DNA from: an uncultured Opitutales bacterium
Lineage (GTDB): Bacteria > Verrucomicrobiota > Verrucomicrobiia > Opitutales > Seribacteraceae
Length of the DNA stretch: 50,216 nt
Assembly (NCBI GenBank): GCA_963934405.1
Contig: CAWVZQ010000001.1
Location: forward strand, 1 to 50,216
Reading direction: 5' to 3'
Positions 25,826 to 34,642 of this stretch are shown here, piece after piece (the stretch's first letter is position 1; every line of letters starts with the position of its first letter). The translations under genes were made by a program, and so were the position numbers. Below the pieces are notes generated by a model that was not told the origin of the DNA, made no database searches, and worked only from the letters and a program-made list of their open reading frames with translations.

Positions 25826-26502
25826 GACACACTTTCGGCGAAACTTCCTTTCTCCATCCTAATGGACCGGGATGCCCGTCCCGCCGCGCGGTCGTCGTGC
25901 GTGACCATGAGTACAGTGCCTCCCTCTTCGGCGAAAGTGGCAAGGTGATCAAGAATCGAATCGGCATTTTCGGGATCGAGATTGCCGGTCGGTTCGTCGG
26001 CCAACAAAAGTTGGGGATCGAGAAGCAACGCTCTGGCGAGTGCTACTCGCTGCTGTTCGCCCACGCTTAAGGCGGATGGTACATGGTGTCGGCGCTCGGT
26101 TAGGCCAAACTTTTCAAGCAAAGCCTTTGCCTTGTCTTCTGCACCGGGAAGGGCTCGAGCTAGGGTGGGGGCGAGCACGTTGTCCAATGCGTCAAGGTAG
26201 GGAACAAGATGAAATTGTTGAAAGACGAAGCCGATGTATTTTGCCCGGATGCTTGCCCTCCTTGCGCTGTCTACTTCGTAGGGCCGAGTGCCCATGATTT
26301 CCACTTCCCCTTGATCGGGTCTCAACAATCCTCCCGCGATCAAAAGGATGGTCGATTTCCCGCAACCACTGGGTCCACCCAGAGCTACGAATTCGCCCGA
26401 CGCGATCTCTAGGCTCATGTTGTTCACTGCCGCTACGGACGAGCCTTTTGGTCCCGCAAACGTCTTGTGCACATTTGTCGCTCTTAGAGTAAAGTCACTC
26501 AT
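25822..26502 (-). CDS. ABC transporter ATP-binding protein (MacB/LolD-type)
   Basis: Walker A 'GPSGCGKST', 'FVFQQFHLV', signature 'LSVGEQQRVALARAL', Walker B 'LLLADEPTGNLD', H-loop 'VTHD'. The start overlaps the permease stop by 8 nt. Confidence 0.9.
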   Translation of the reverse strand: MSDFTLRATNVHKTFAGPKGSSVAAVNNMSLEIASGEFVALGGPSGCGKSTILLIAGGLLRPDQGEVEIMGTRPYEVDSARRASIRAKYIGFVFQQFHLVPYLDALDNVLAPTLARALPGAEDKAKALLEKFGLTERRHHVPSALSVGEQQRVALARALLLDPQLLLADEPTGNLDPENADSILDHLATFAEEGGTVLMVTHDDRAAGRASRSIRMEKGSFAESVS

Positions 26503-27808
26503 TGCGAAGGATGGTTGCTGGATCTCGGTTAGCGGCTTGCAGGGCGGGCAACCATGATGCCGCGCAGGAGAGGACGGGTACGGATAAAAGGACTAGAGGA
26601 ATATCTCCCCGAAGAGACCTTAGGTCGAACCCATGAAGCGAATCCTTTAAGATGTCGGCTAGGAGAAAAGCGAAAAGCAGTGTCAAACCGGCTCCAAACA
26701 ATCCAACGAGAAACGCTCGCCCCATCAACGCGCCCAAGATCGAACCCGTGGAAATTCCCATGGCTCGGAGGATGCCGATTTCGGCTTGACGATCTCGAGA
26801 GTTGGCAAAGGCGAGAAAGGAAACCCAAGCCATAGAACCAAGAATCACGACAGTGAGAAGAGCCGTGTACTTTTGCTTATCCTCGAATCTTAGCTGGTCG
26901 CGGTCAGCTTGGAGTTTGATCGCCTCGGCCTTTTTAGATGCGATGGCGCGTTGACTATGTTTCTTTGCCTTGTTTCGGGCCTCGGCCCGAGCCAATGCCT
27001 TGCTTTCGGTCTCGATGACTTTCGTCCCGGGAAGTATGCCCGCAATTTCGCGGCGAATTTCTCCGAGGCGATCAATTGTGGCGCAATTGCATTCCAATGC
27101 CTTGATCGCATTGATGCGTCCTTCTTCTTTAAGAAGTTCTTGGCATTCGCCGAGGTGCATCCAAATGGTGATGTCGTCCTTCGTTCCGCGTTCTGCGTGA
27201 CATTTCCCGACGATGAATTCGCGTCCCATGAATACGGTGGCGTTCCCTTCCTTCAGGTCAAGCGATCGGTGGAGTTCGTGACCGAGTACGATCTGCCCTT
27301 TCTGCACGGGGTCAATGAGTGGCTTCTTGGGGTCACGGTGTGCGATTGGAACTTCGCCGCGAATACCGATTAGGATGACGGTGCGTTCCCGTTCGGGCCA
27401 CTTCAGCTTGCGGGTAAGGCTCGGCAGGAGGTGATTGACGGTTACGATTTTGCTTTCAGCCAAGGTGCCGGCATAGGACTCGGGCATTGTCTTTGAAGCG
27501 AACCCTTCTGCGTAAACTTCGCTTAGCTCCTGTCCTTCGGGAAAGATGAAGATGTTGAAACCCAGTCCTTTCATCGTTTTGCGGACATCGTCCTCGTAGG
27601 CTTTCATCTCTTTCGCGAACTTTGCTTCCATGTCGGCGGATTCTTCGTTCATCCTCGTTAGCATTTTCGAAGTTCGCAAGTCGTGCGCACCAAGTAAAGC
27701 AACCACTGCGACAAGTCCTGCGACGCTCGTTGCTATCGTTGCCACGGCGAGTCCGAAGCTTAGCTTGCGGTGACAAATTTCCCGCCCGATAAGTCGCCGA
27801 AGGTTCAC
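26495..27808 (-). CDS. FtsX/MacB-type ABC permease with ~270-aa periplasmic domain
   Basis: TM1 'FGLAVATIATSVAGLVAVVALLGA'. Large extracytoplasmic domain ending in a charged helix 'ARAEARNKAKKHSQRAIASKKAEAIKLQADRDQLRFEDKQK'. FtsX loop 'SRDRQAEIGILRAMGIS', then three C-terminal TMs. Confidence 0.8.
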   Translation of the reverse strand: MNLRRLIGREICHRKLSFGLAVATIATSVAGLVAVVALLGAHDLRTSKMLTRMNEESADMEAKFAKEMKAYEDDVRKTMKGLGFNIFIFPEGQELSEVYAEGFASKTMPESYAGTLAESKIVTVNHLLPSLTRKLKWPERERTVILIGIRGEVPIAHRDPKKPLIDPVQKGQIVLGHELHRSLDLKEGNATVFMGREFIVGKCHAERGTKDDITIWMHLGECQELLKEEGRINAIKALECNCATIDRLGEIRREIAGILPGTKVIETESKALARAEARNKAKKHSQRAIASKKAEAIKLQADRDQLRFEDKQKYTALLTVVILGSMAWVSFLAFANSRDRQAEIGILRAMGISTGSILGALMGRAFLVGLFGAGLTLLFAFLLADILKDSLHGFDLRSLRGDIPLVLLSVPVLSCAASWLPALQAANRDPATILRNE

Positions 27809-29013
27809 TGATCGCGATTTTTGTTCAGTACAAAAGTGCCAACCAGCAAGATGCCCGAGACCAATACCACGGCAACGATGAGGCCGTTCGAAATGGGAGG
27901 TTCATCCGTCGCCGTCTCTCGCTCGACGACCTCCGAAGAAGATGCGTTCGCCTCGAGTTCACCACTGTTTTCTTCGGTATTATCTTTTGCGGGTTCGTTG
28001 GCTGCAATGAGATCTTCGACTCCCGTCAGCGGCGGCAGTTCCTTCTCTGCGATTACGGAACTTCCTTCAAGGGCAGTCCACCAATCGGCTTTTACCAGTA
28101 TGTCCATGCCCGGATTTTGATTCTTAACTTGGCAAGAGCATGCGCCGCAAAGATACCCGCAGTCGGCCAGTGCGTTTTCCTCGCTTATTCCGGCACCAAT
28201 AAGTGGGGGAAGGACGCGACCTTTGCCAAATGCCGGGAAAAGCATCGGTTTATTCTCCATTTCTTTATCGAGCAGGTCGTCCTCCAAGCGCAAAAGCATG
28301 GACCTCAATATGGCTTCTTGAGGATCCTTGCGAGAGAGGCGCAAGATTGAAAAGGCGATCTTGAGAGGAACGGAGGACTCGAGAATGTTTTCTTCGTCTC
28401 CGGGGCTGAGAAGAAGGTTTGGGTCGTCGAGAGCACTTTGCTGAATAACGCCTTCAGGAACCGAAATCTCCTTTTCGGCAATCTTGGCGTATTTTTCGAG
28501 TGTATCGAAGAGTTTGTCGTCCTCTTTCTGATTTCCGGTTTCGAGGAAAAGCCAGACCGCCGAATCGCCTGCGAGAATTCGTTTTACCAGTTCTCGCCGG
28601 GTCGGAGAGTCCAGAATCTGGTTGATATTATTCCTTGTGAAGTTCCCGTTCCAAATGGGATTAGTGTTCTGTTCGAAGGCTTCGAATGGGAAGAAAAGGT
28701 GAATGGAGACCGAAGCGTTTTGGTCGCTGTGAAGTTTTTTCCAGCGTGCAAACTGTTTTTCCTCCTTGGCCAGATCGAGGGTTTCGAAACGAAGATTTAT
28801 CATCGGGCCGTTCGGTCCGACTAGGTTTTCCTCCAAATAAGTGACATTGGATTGCTCTTCGCCGGTTAGGTTGCCGTCATGAACAATAACCAATTGGTAA
28901 TGATCGGGTTGCCATCTCTCCAACGCGTAACGAAATACGGGCACCTGACAAGCTTCCGTGATCACGGCAGCAGTTAGGAGAATTAAGCAAACTGTGGTTA
29001 TCCGAGCATTCAT
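27805..29013 (-). CDS. Hypothetical periplasmic protein with N-terminal Cys, C-x3-C-x2-C-x-C cluster and C-terminal TM anchor
   Basis: Signal peptide 'MNARITTVCLILLTAAVITEA', then 'CQVPVFRYALERW'. 'ADCGYLCGACSCQ' at nt 28132-28161. An acidic linker, then TM 'GLIVAVVLVSGILLVGTFVL'. The stop overlaps the permease start (ATGA). I recognise no characterised family. Confidence 0.8.
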   Translation of the reverse strand: MNARITTVCLILLTAAVITEACQVPVFRYALERWQPDHYQLVIVHDGNLTGEEQSNVTYLEENLVGPNGPMINLRFETLDLAKEEKQFARWKKLHSDQNASVSIHLFFPFEAFEQNTNPIWNGNFTRNNINQILDSPTRRELVKRILAGDSAVWLFLETGNQKEDDKLFDTLEKYAKIAEKEISVPEGVIQQSALDDPNLLLSPGDEENILESSVPLKIAFSILRLSRKDPQEAILRSMLLRLEDDLLDKEMENKPMLFPAFGKGRVLPPLIGAGISEENALADCGYLCGACSCQVKNQNPGMDILVKADWWTALEGSSVIAEKELPPLTGVEDLIAANEPAKDNTEENSGELEANASSSEVVERETATDEPPISNGLIVAVVLVSGILLVGTFVLNKNRDQ

Positions 29014-29180
29014 GAATTGGAAGTCTCCTAAAGTGTTTCGTTCGGGATTTAGGAGGTCAAGCAGATCTTCCCACGGACGACTTTTTTCTTAACTGGGCCT
29101 TCGACTCATTCAAATTCGATGATGTGAGATTACATTTGGAGTATTGAATCCCGATCAGTAATTAATTCAGTAAAAGCGAT

Positions 29181-29843
29181 TTACTTTGCCGACCTTTTCT
29201 TTCTCTTCGTTTTCCCCTTAGTCTTTTTCGAGGATTTTTTCTCGCCCGAAGAAGAGTCTTTGGAAGGTTTTGAAGCAGGCGCCAGACTAACTTTTTTCAT
29301 ATGGTCTGGATTGCTTACTGAACCGCTGCCTGGGGCGCCTCGCTTAATCTTATCGACAAATTTCATGCCTTCAACGACCTGCCCCCAAACCGTATATTGT
29401 CCATCCAGAAAGTTGGCATTGTCCAAACAGATGAAAAATTGGCTATTTGCGCTGTCCGGATTACTGGATCTAGCCATCGAGCAGGCGCCTTTGCCATGTT
29501 TGCGCTTGTTGAATTCTGCGGGAATGTCGGGTTTGTCGGAACCCCCTGTACCTACGCGTCCTTCGTTGAATTTTTTTACGTTGCCGAACTGTACGTCACC
29601 CGTCTGGGCCATAAAACCGTCTATCACCCTATGGAAGGCGACGCCGTCGTACTTTCCCGCTTTTGCGAGTTCTTTTATCCGGGCCACATGTTTGGGCGCG
29701 GTATCGGGGTACATCTCGATGACGACTTGTCCGTCATCCAAATCGATGAGCAAGGTGTTTTCGGGATCTATATCGGCCTTGGTTTTGGCGTCGGTCATTG
29801 TGATGGGAAGGATAAACGCGGCTATCGCGAGTAGTTTCTTCAT
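29181..29843 (-). CDS. Periplasmic cyclophilin-type peptidyl-prolyl cis-trans isomerase with polybasic C-terminal tail
   Basis: Signal 'MKKLLAIAAFILPITM'. 'FHRVIDGFMAQTGD', 'SMARSSNPDSANSQFFI', 'LDGQYTVWGQVVEGM'. Tail 'KKSSKKTKGKTKRKKRSAK'. Confidence 0.9.
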   Translation of the reverse strand: MKKLLAIAAFILPITMTDAKTKADIDPENTLLIDLDDGQVVIEMYPDTAPKHVARIKELAKAGKYDGVAFHRVIDGFMAQTGDVQFGNVKKFNEGRVGTGGSDKPDIPAEFNKRKHGKGACSMARSSNPDSANSQFFICLDNANFLDGQYTVWGQVVEGMKFVDKIKRGAPGSGSVSNPDHMKKVSLAPASKPSKDSSSGEKKSSKKTKGKTKRKKRSAK

Positions 29844-29886
29844 TGTAGTTTGGGTTGATGGTGAGCGACGGAGCAAGAAGGGCGGC

Positions 29887-30867
29887 TCAACCTGGATACC
29901 AGATCTTACGGGCATCTTCGGGAGAACGTTGATAGTTCCAAGCTTTGTCTATGAGTAGTTTCAAATCAATTTTTGGCCTCCAGTCGAGAAGGAACTTGGC
30001 TTTCGAGTTGTCCAGCCAAGTGCTGTGGTGGGGTGTTGGCACATCCACGGAGGGCAGTCCTCGGCTTTCCTTCAGGTAGTCGGCCACCTTGCGATAGTGC
30101 ACGGGCTCATTCATGCAGATATTAAAAAGCTGCTGGCGAGCCTTTGGATTATCGATCGCAAGCATAATCGCGGATGCGAGATCCTCGACGTGAACGAAGT
30201 TGCGCTGAACGGGTTCTCCTGTGGGGTCGAGCATAACCGGTATGGTTTGGGCGGCCTCATATCTCGTGGCTTCCTCAGGAGAAACGAGATCGTGCCAAAC
30301 AGGGCCTCCGAAGACATCACTTCCAAAGGAAAGCGTATGCTTGAAGTCGTCTTTCTCCATGATCCATGGGGCGCGAAGGCAGCAACCATTGAAATCGTAC
30401 TGGGTGTAGTACTGTTCGAGCATGACTTCCTCCAGTACTTTGGACAGAGCGTAGCATCCGGGGTAGGCTGAATGCTTTTGCGTTTCGGTAACGGGATTGG
30501 GATGGGGATAGAAGAAGTGCCCCATACCTGCATCCCCTCCGATCAAAATAAATTGTTCGAAGGATGGGCTCGTCCGGCATTCTTCCAGAAGCCAGAACAA
30601 TCCCTTAACCGTGACGTCCATTACTTCTTCGGGAGTCTCTTTGCAGGTGGCGAGATGCAAAACATGGGTGACTCCATTGATCGCTTCGGCGACCAGATTG
30701 CGATCGGCAATGCTCCCGCGGATTATTTCCAGCCGTGATGTCTCTTCCAGCAGTCGATTGTGACAAAGTGCCTTTACCGTGGCTTCGGAGAATTTTTTAT
30801 CTTCCAGAAAACGGCGAAGAAAATGCGTTCCCACTTTACCTGTCGCTCCGGTGAGGAGAATCTTCAT
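29887..30867 (-). CDS. NAD-dependent epimerase/dehydratase family (extended SDR) protein
   Basis: 'MKILLTGATGKVGTHF' Rossmann motif. Catalytic 'YALSK' (Y-x3-K). Confidence 0.85.
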   Translation of the reverse strand: MKILLTGATGKVGTHFLRRFLEDKKFSEATVKALCHNRLLEETSRLEIIRGSIADRNLVAEAINGVTHVLHLATCKETPEEVMDVTVKGLFWLLEECRTSPSFEQFILIGGDAGMGHFFYPHPNPVTETQKHSAYPGCYALSKVLEEVMLEQYYTQYDFNGCCLRAPWIMEKDDFKHTLSFGSDVFGGPVWHDLVSPEEATRYEAAQTIPVMLDPTGEPVQRNFVHVEDLASAIMLAIDNPKARQQLFNICMNEPVHYRKVADYLKESRGLPSVDVPTPHHSTWLDNSKAKFLLDWRPKIDLKLLIDKAWNYQRSPEDARKIWYPG

Positions 30868-30941
30868 GGGTGTTGAGGGGACAAATCTACAATGTCTTCC
30901 CTGTTCAAGGAAAGAGGGCAGGAATGAAAACGTACGCTCCC

Positions 30942-32243
30942 TTACAGCAATTTGGTAAGGGGTTGGCCTTTGTCGGCTAAGGTGAAGGGGCGGCGTGTGG
31001 GTGAGTAGACGATTTCGTCAAGTGGAAGTCCCAGAGCATAGGCTATGGTGGCATTGAAATCGGGAATCTCGACACGTTGATCTACGACTTCGCGACCTTC
31101 GGGGTCAGTTTTACCCCAGACTTGTCCTCCTCGAATACCTCCGCCCGCGAGCATGGATGAGAATGCTTTCGGATAATGATCACGGCCTTGGTTTACGTTA
31201 ATGTTTGGCGTACGGCCAAACTCAGTTGCCAGCACCACGAGGGTTTCGTCAAGCATGCCTCGCTTGTCGAGGTCTCCCAGTAGCGCCGCAAGCGCTTGGT
31301 CGAGGATAGCACAACGCTCGGGTGCTCTATCGAAGTTGAGTTGATGGGTGTCCCAACCTCCGAGTTGTACCTCCACGAAACGAACGTGCCTTTCCACCAA
31401 ACGCCGGGCTAGCAGTACGCCTTGACCGAATGTTTCTTCGCCATAAGCCTCTCGCGTCTCCTCAGACTCCTTATCTATATCGAAAGCCTCAAGGTCACCG
31501 CTTTTCATGAGGCGCACCGCATCTGCGTACATGTCCGAATAAGCTCTCACCTTCTTCAAATTGTATTTTTCTCGAAAGCCCTTGTCGAACTGATCGGCGA
31601 GAGAAAGGCGTTTCTTAAATTCCTCCTCGGTGACGCCGGGATGCATTCTGCTATTGCGGAGTCCTTCGTCGGGTTTGCCAATGGCTAACGGTTGGTGGGA
31701 GGATGGAAGAAATCCTGCGAGCGGATGCTGGCTGCCTCCGCTTACGACAACGGCTCCGGGCAAAGTGGGATTGGAACGTTCGTCAAGCCGAGTCATCCAA
31801 GCTCCCATGCTCGGGTGACGAATCGTCGATCTGGGAGCATAACTGGTATGCATGAAATAATTGCCTTGTTGATGCGCCCCCTTTGTCGACGTCATGCCCC
31901 GCACTACCGCGATCTTGTCCGCGTGATTAGCCAGAAGTGGAAGGTTTTCGGCAAGTTGCAATCCGTCTGTATTGGTCTTGATTGCGGTTGTAGGCCCCCC
32001 GGTTTTCGTGCCGGGTTTTGGGTCGAACGTATCGATGTGGGTCATGCCGCCGGCCATGTATAGGTAGATGACGTTGCGGGCCTTTGGAGCGTGGTTGAGG
32101 GGGCGATTGAGCCCTAAGCCTGCAGCTGTGGCTTGCTTCGGCATTGCCCAAGGCAGAATGCTGACACCGAGAAAAGCTTTTGCGGCTTGTGTGACGAAGC
32201 GGCGCCTAGAGAATTCGTCTGCTTGGTTTAGGATGTTTTTCAT
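30942..32243 (-). CDS. DUF1501 domain protein (sulfatase-fold, Tat signal)
   Basis: 'SRRRFVTQAAKAFLG' twin-Arg signal. 'GGMTHIDTFDPKP', 'TEFGRTP', 'GRDHYP' are hallmark DUF1501 motifs. Confidence 0.85.
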   Translation of the reverse strand: MKNILNQADEFSRRRFVTQAAKAFLGVSILPWAMPKQATAAGLGLNRPLNHAPKARNVIYLYMAGGMTHIDTFDPKPGTKTGGPTTAIKTNTDGLQLAENLPLLANHADKIAVVRGMTSTKGAHQQGNYFMHTSYAPRSTIRHPSMGAWMTRLDERSNPTLPGAVVVSGGSQHPLAGFLPSSHQPLAIGKPDEGLRNSRMHPGVTEEEFKKRLSLADQFDKGFREKYNLKKVRAYSDMYADAVRLMKSGDLEAFDIDKESEETREAYGEETFGQGVLLARRLVERHVRFVEVQLGGWDTHQLNFDRAPERCAILDQALAALLGDLDKRGMLDETLVVLATEFGRTPNINVNQGRDHYPKAFSSMLAGGGIRGGQVWGKTDPEGREVVDQRVEIPDFNATIAYALGLPLDEIVYSPTRRPFTLADKGQPLTKLL

Positions 32244-32280
32244 AATGTTTTCCGGAATGAAGTTCTTGGCAGTATCGGTT

Positions 32281-34533
32281 TTATTGAATGAATGAAAACT
32301 GCCTGGTGTTGAGCAAGGTCCAAGCGAGTCCTCGAATTCCTGAATTCATGCCATATGAGCTCTTACTTTTAGCTCTTTGGGCATAATACTTTAATAGCTT
32401 TCTCTTTCTCTCCGGGGAAATATTGGCGGGAATTCGCGAAGAGTAATCAGGGGTTTTATCTTTTGCCCCATCAATTTCGTCGAGACAGGTCTCCAGCTCC
32501 TCTTTGGTTGGTTTTCTGTTAAGAATGGAAAGGAATAAAATATCTACTTTATCCTTGATCGCATCAACTCGAGAAAGATCTTCGGCGAATGGTGCGGCAG
32601 GTTGTTTCAAGATGGCTTGATAAATGGAGCCATTCAGCAAACTGAGAGCTTGCGGCACAGAAGCTTCGCGACTGGCGTTTTCTATGACTTCTCTGTCCGA
32701 CTGACCAAATTCTCTTAGGAAATGACCGTTGGGTGCGGGTGATGGCATGTAGGAAGCTCTGACTAACTGTCTCGAAAAGCCTTTCCATCGATCCGGCGAC
32801 GAGTCGCTTGAACTTTTACTGCTTGGCGCTCTGCCGTAAAGGGCTCTGCCATCGAAACCTTTTCCCATTATGAGAGAGGCATAAGAGGCTCTTTGCTTAT
32901 TTCGAAGCTGCCCGTACTCACGGCGCAAGCGAGACACGGTTTCAAGTTCGTTATTCTCCTGAGCGTCTCGCAATTTTTTTTGAATGCCTAGCATTTCATC
33001 GTTTGAGCTTTTGCTCATGCGCGCACCTTTTTTGGCGACGGAAAGCATTTCTTTTCCTTTTAAATCGTAAACTTTTTCCTCATAGGCGGAGAGTTGCTCT
33101 TCCCGTGATTGATGACGACTCAAGTCAGGCTTCCTTTCATCAACATAGGGAATCGACAAGGTTACAAAAGAGTCCCACAGTTGCTCTGCGCTCATCCGTT
33201 GGAGGATGGGACCCGGGAAGTGATAGGGTTCGCCGGATACGATTTCTTCCGTGGAAGTCTCGCGACGAAAGGCTTTTACGTTGTAGAGGATTCGAAGAAA
33301 CTGCTTGATGTCGTAGTTAAGTCCGATCATCAGCTTTTCCAAGTGTGCCAATAGTTCGGGGTTGGAGGGGATCGTGTCGTCTCTAATGTCATCCACAGGT
33401 TCGATTACCCCGACCCCAAAAACACGTTTCCAAAGACGGTTTGCAATGACTTTTGAAAAGCGCGGGTTTTCTGACGAAGTCATCCACTGGGCATAGCCTT
33501 CCACCGGATCCGTTTCCTCATCTAGCTTATCACTTTTTCCGAAAATCGGAGCTGCAGAAATTGAAGCTTTAGGCTTTGCGTCTTCATATTGGTAATCGTG
33601 GGGGAGTTGCAACTTTCGCGGATTGTGGGAGGCGCCGTATCGGAGTGGTCGCATGATTTCGCTGGCCGCTCGTCGCAAGAGTTGGCCTTCCTTTGACTTG
33701 TACGCCTTTTTTCTTTTTTCTGCATCGCTTCCCTTGAATTGGCTGAAAAAAGCGTTCTGCATTTCCTTTTGTTTCTCCCCACCCATGCGCGCCTGAACAC
33801 CGTATGTGTAGGCTGCCATTTGGTAATACTCCATCTGCGTCCACTTGTCGAAAGGGTGGTTGTGACACTGTGCGCAAACCATTTGAGTACCGAGGAAGAC
33901 TTGTGTGGTGTTGGACATGTTGTCCAAGGGCATTCCCGCGTCTCGCATGTAGTAGCCCACGGCGCCATTGTTCCAGGGATAACCTTTCGCCGTAATGAGC
34001 TTTCGGGCCACTTCGTCGAAAGGCATGTTTTGCCTGATGGCATTCATCATCCAAATGGCATAACTTACTCCGCCGCCCACGTTGTTGGCTCCACCATTTC
34101 TAGCAGGAGATTGAATGCGTAGCAAATCCGCCCACCAATTGAAGGTATGGCTGTCATAAGCCTCGGAATTGAGAATCCGATCGATCAAGGTGGAGTGCTT
34201 TTGTGGATCGTTGCTTTCAAGAAACCCCGTGGTCTCTTGATAAGTGGGTATGCGACCCCCTACTTGAAGGTGTGCCCTGCGGACGAAAGTCGCATCATCC
34301 GCCAATGGCAAGGGTTTGACTTTATTTTTTGAGTAGCCTTTGGCCAATATGGCATCGATGGCTTTGGCGTCTTTGAGGACTTCTTCCAAAGCTCGGACTT
34401 CTTGTACTTCTTTGCCTTGAATCTTGGTATCGGTGTAAGCATTGCCAAAACCGTAAGTCACCCCCGACAGAGCAATGGCGATACAAGAGAGACTCAGTAA
34501 GTGATTTTTAATCATAATATAATTGTTCCTCAC
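32281..34533 (-). CDS. DUF1549/DUF1553 (PSD1) domain protein
   Basis: 'FVRRAHLQVGGRIPTYQETTGFL', 'CAQCHNHPFDKWTQMEYYQMAAY', 'RMSAEQLWDS', C-terminal 'LLNTRQFSFIQ'. Classic partner of DUF1501 in PVC genomes. Confidence 0.85.
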   Translation of the reverse strand: MRNNYIMIKNHLLSLSCIAIALSGVTYGFGNAYTDTKIQGKEVQEVRALEEVLKDAKAIDAILAKGYSKNKVKPLPLADDATFVRRAHLQVGGRIPTYQETTGFLESNDPQKHSTLIDRILNSEAYDSHTFNWWADLLRIQSPARNGGANNVGGGVSYAIWMMNAIRQNMPFDEVARKLITAKGYPWNNGAVGYYMRDAGMPLDNMSNTTQVFLGTQMVCAQCHNHPFDKWTQMEYYQMAAYTYGVQARMGGEKQKEMQNAFFSQFKGSDAEKRKKAYKSKEGQLLRRAASEIMRPLRYGASHNPRKLQLPHDYQYEDAKPKASISAAPIFGKSDKLDEETDPVEGYAQWMTSSENPRFSKVIANRLWKRVFGVGVIEPVDDIRDDTIPSNPELLAHLEKLMIGLNYDIKQFLRILYNVKAFRRETSTEEIVSGEPYHFPGPILQRMSAEQLWDSFVTLSIPYVDERKPDLSRHQSREEQLSAYEEKVYDLKGKEMLSVAKKGARMSKSSNDEMLGIQKKLRDAQENNELETVSRLRREYGQLRNKQRASYASLIMGKGFDGRALYGRAPSSKSSSDSSPDRWKGFSRQLVRASYMPSPAPNGHFLREFGQSDREVIENASREASVPQALSLLNGSIYQAILKQPAAPFAEDLSRVDAIKDKVDILFLSILNRKPTKEELETCLDEIDGAKDKTPDYSSRIPANISPERKRKLLKYYAQRAKSKSSYGMNSGIRGLAWTLLNTRQFSFIQ

Positions 34534-34642
34534 TCAATATAACTGTCACGTGAGACGCTTTGTTTCAAGAAACTTTCTCTCCTCGACAGGTAACTTTTGG
34601 TGAGAGCGTCTTGAGATTTTTGGCAGATGCAATTTGCAATTC

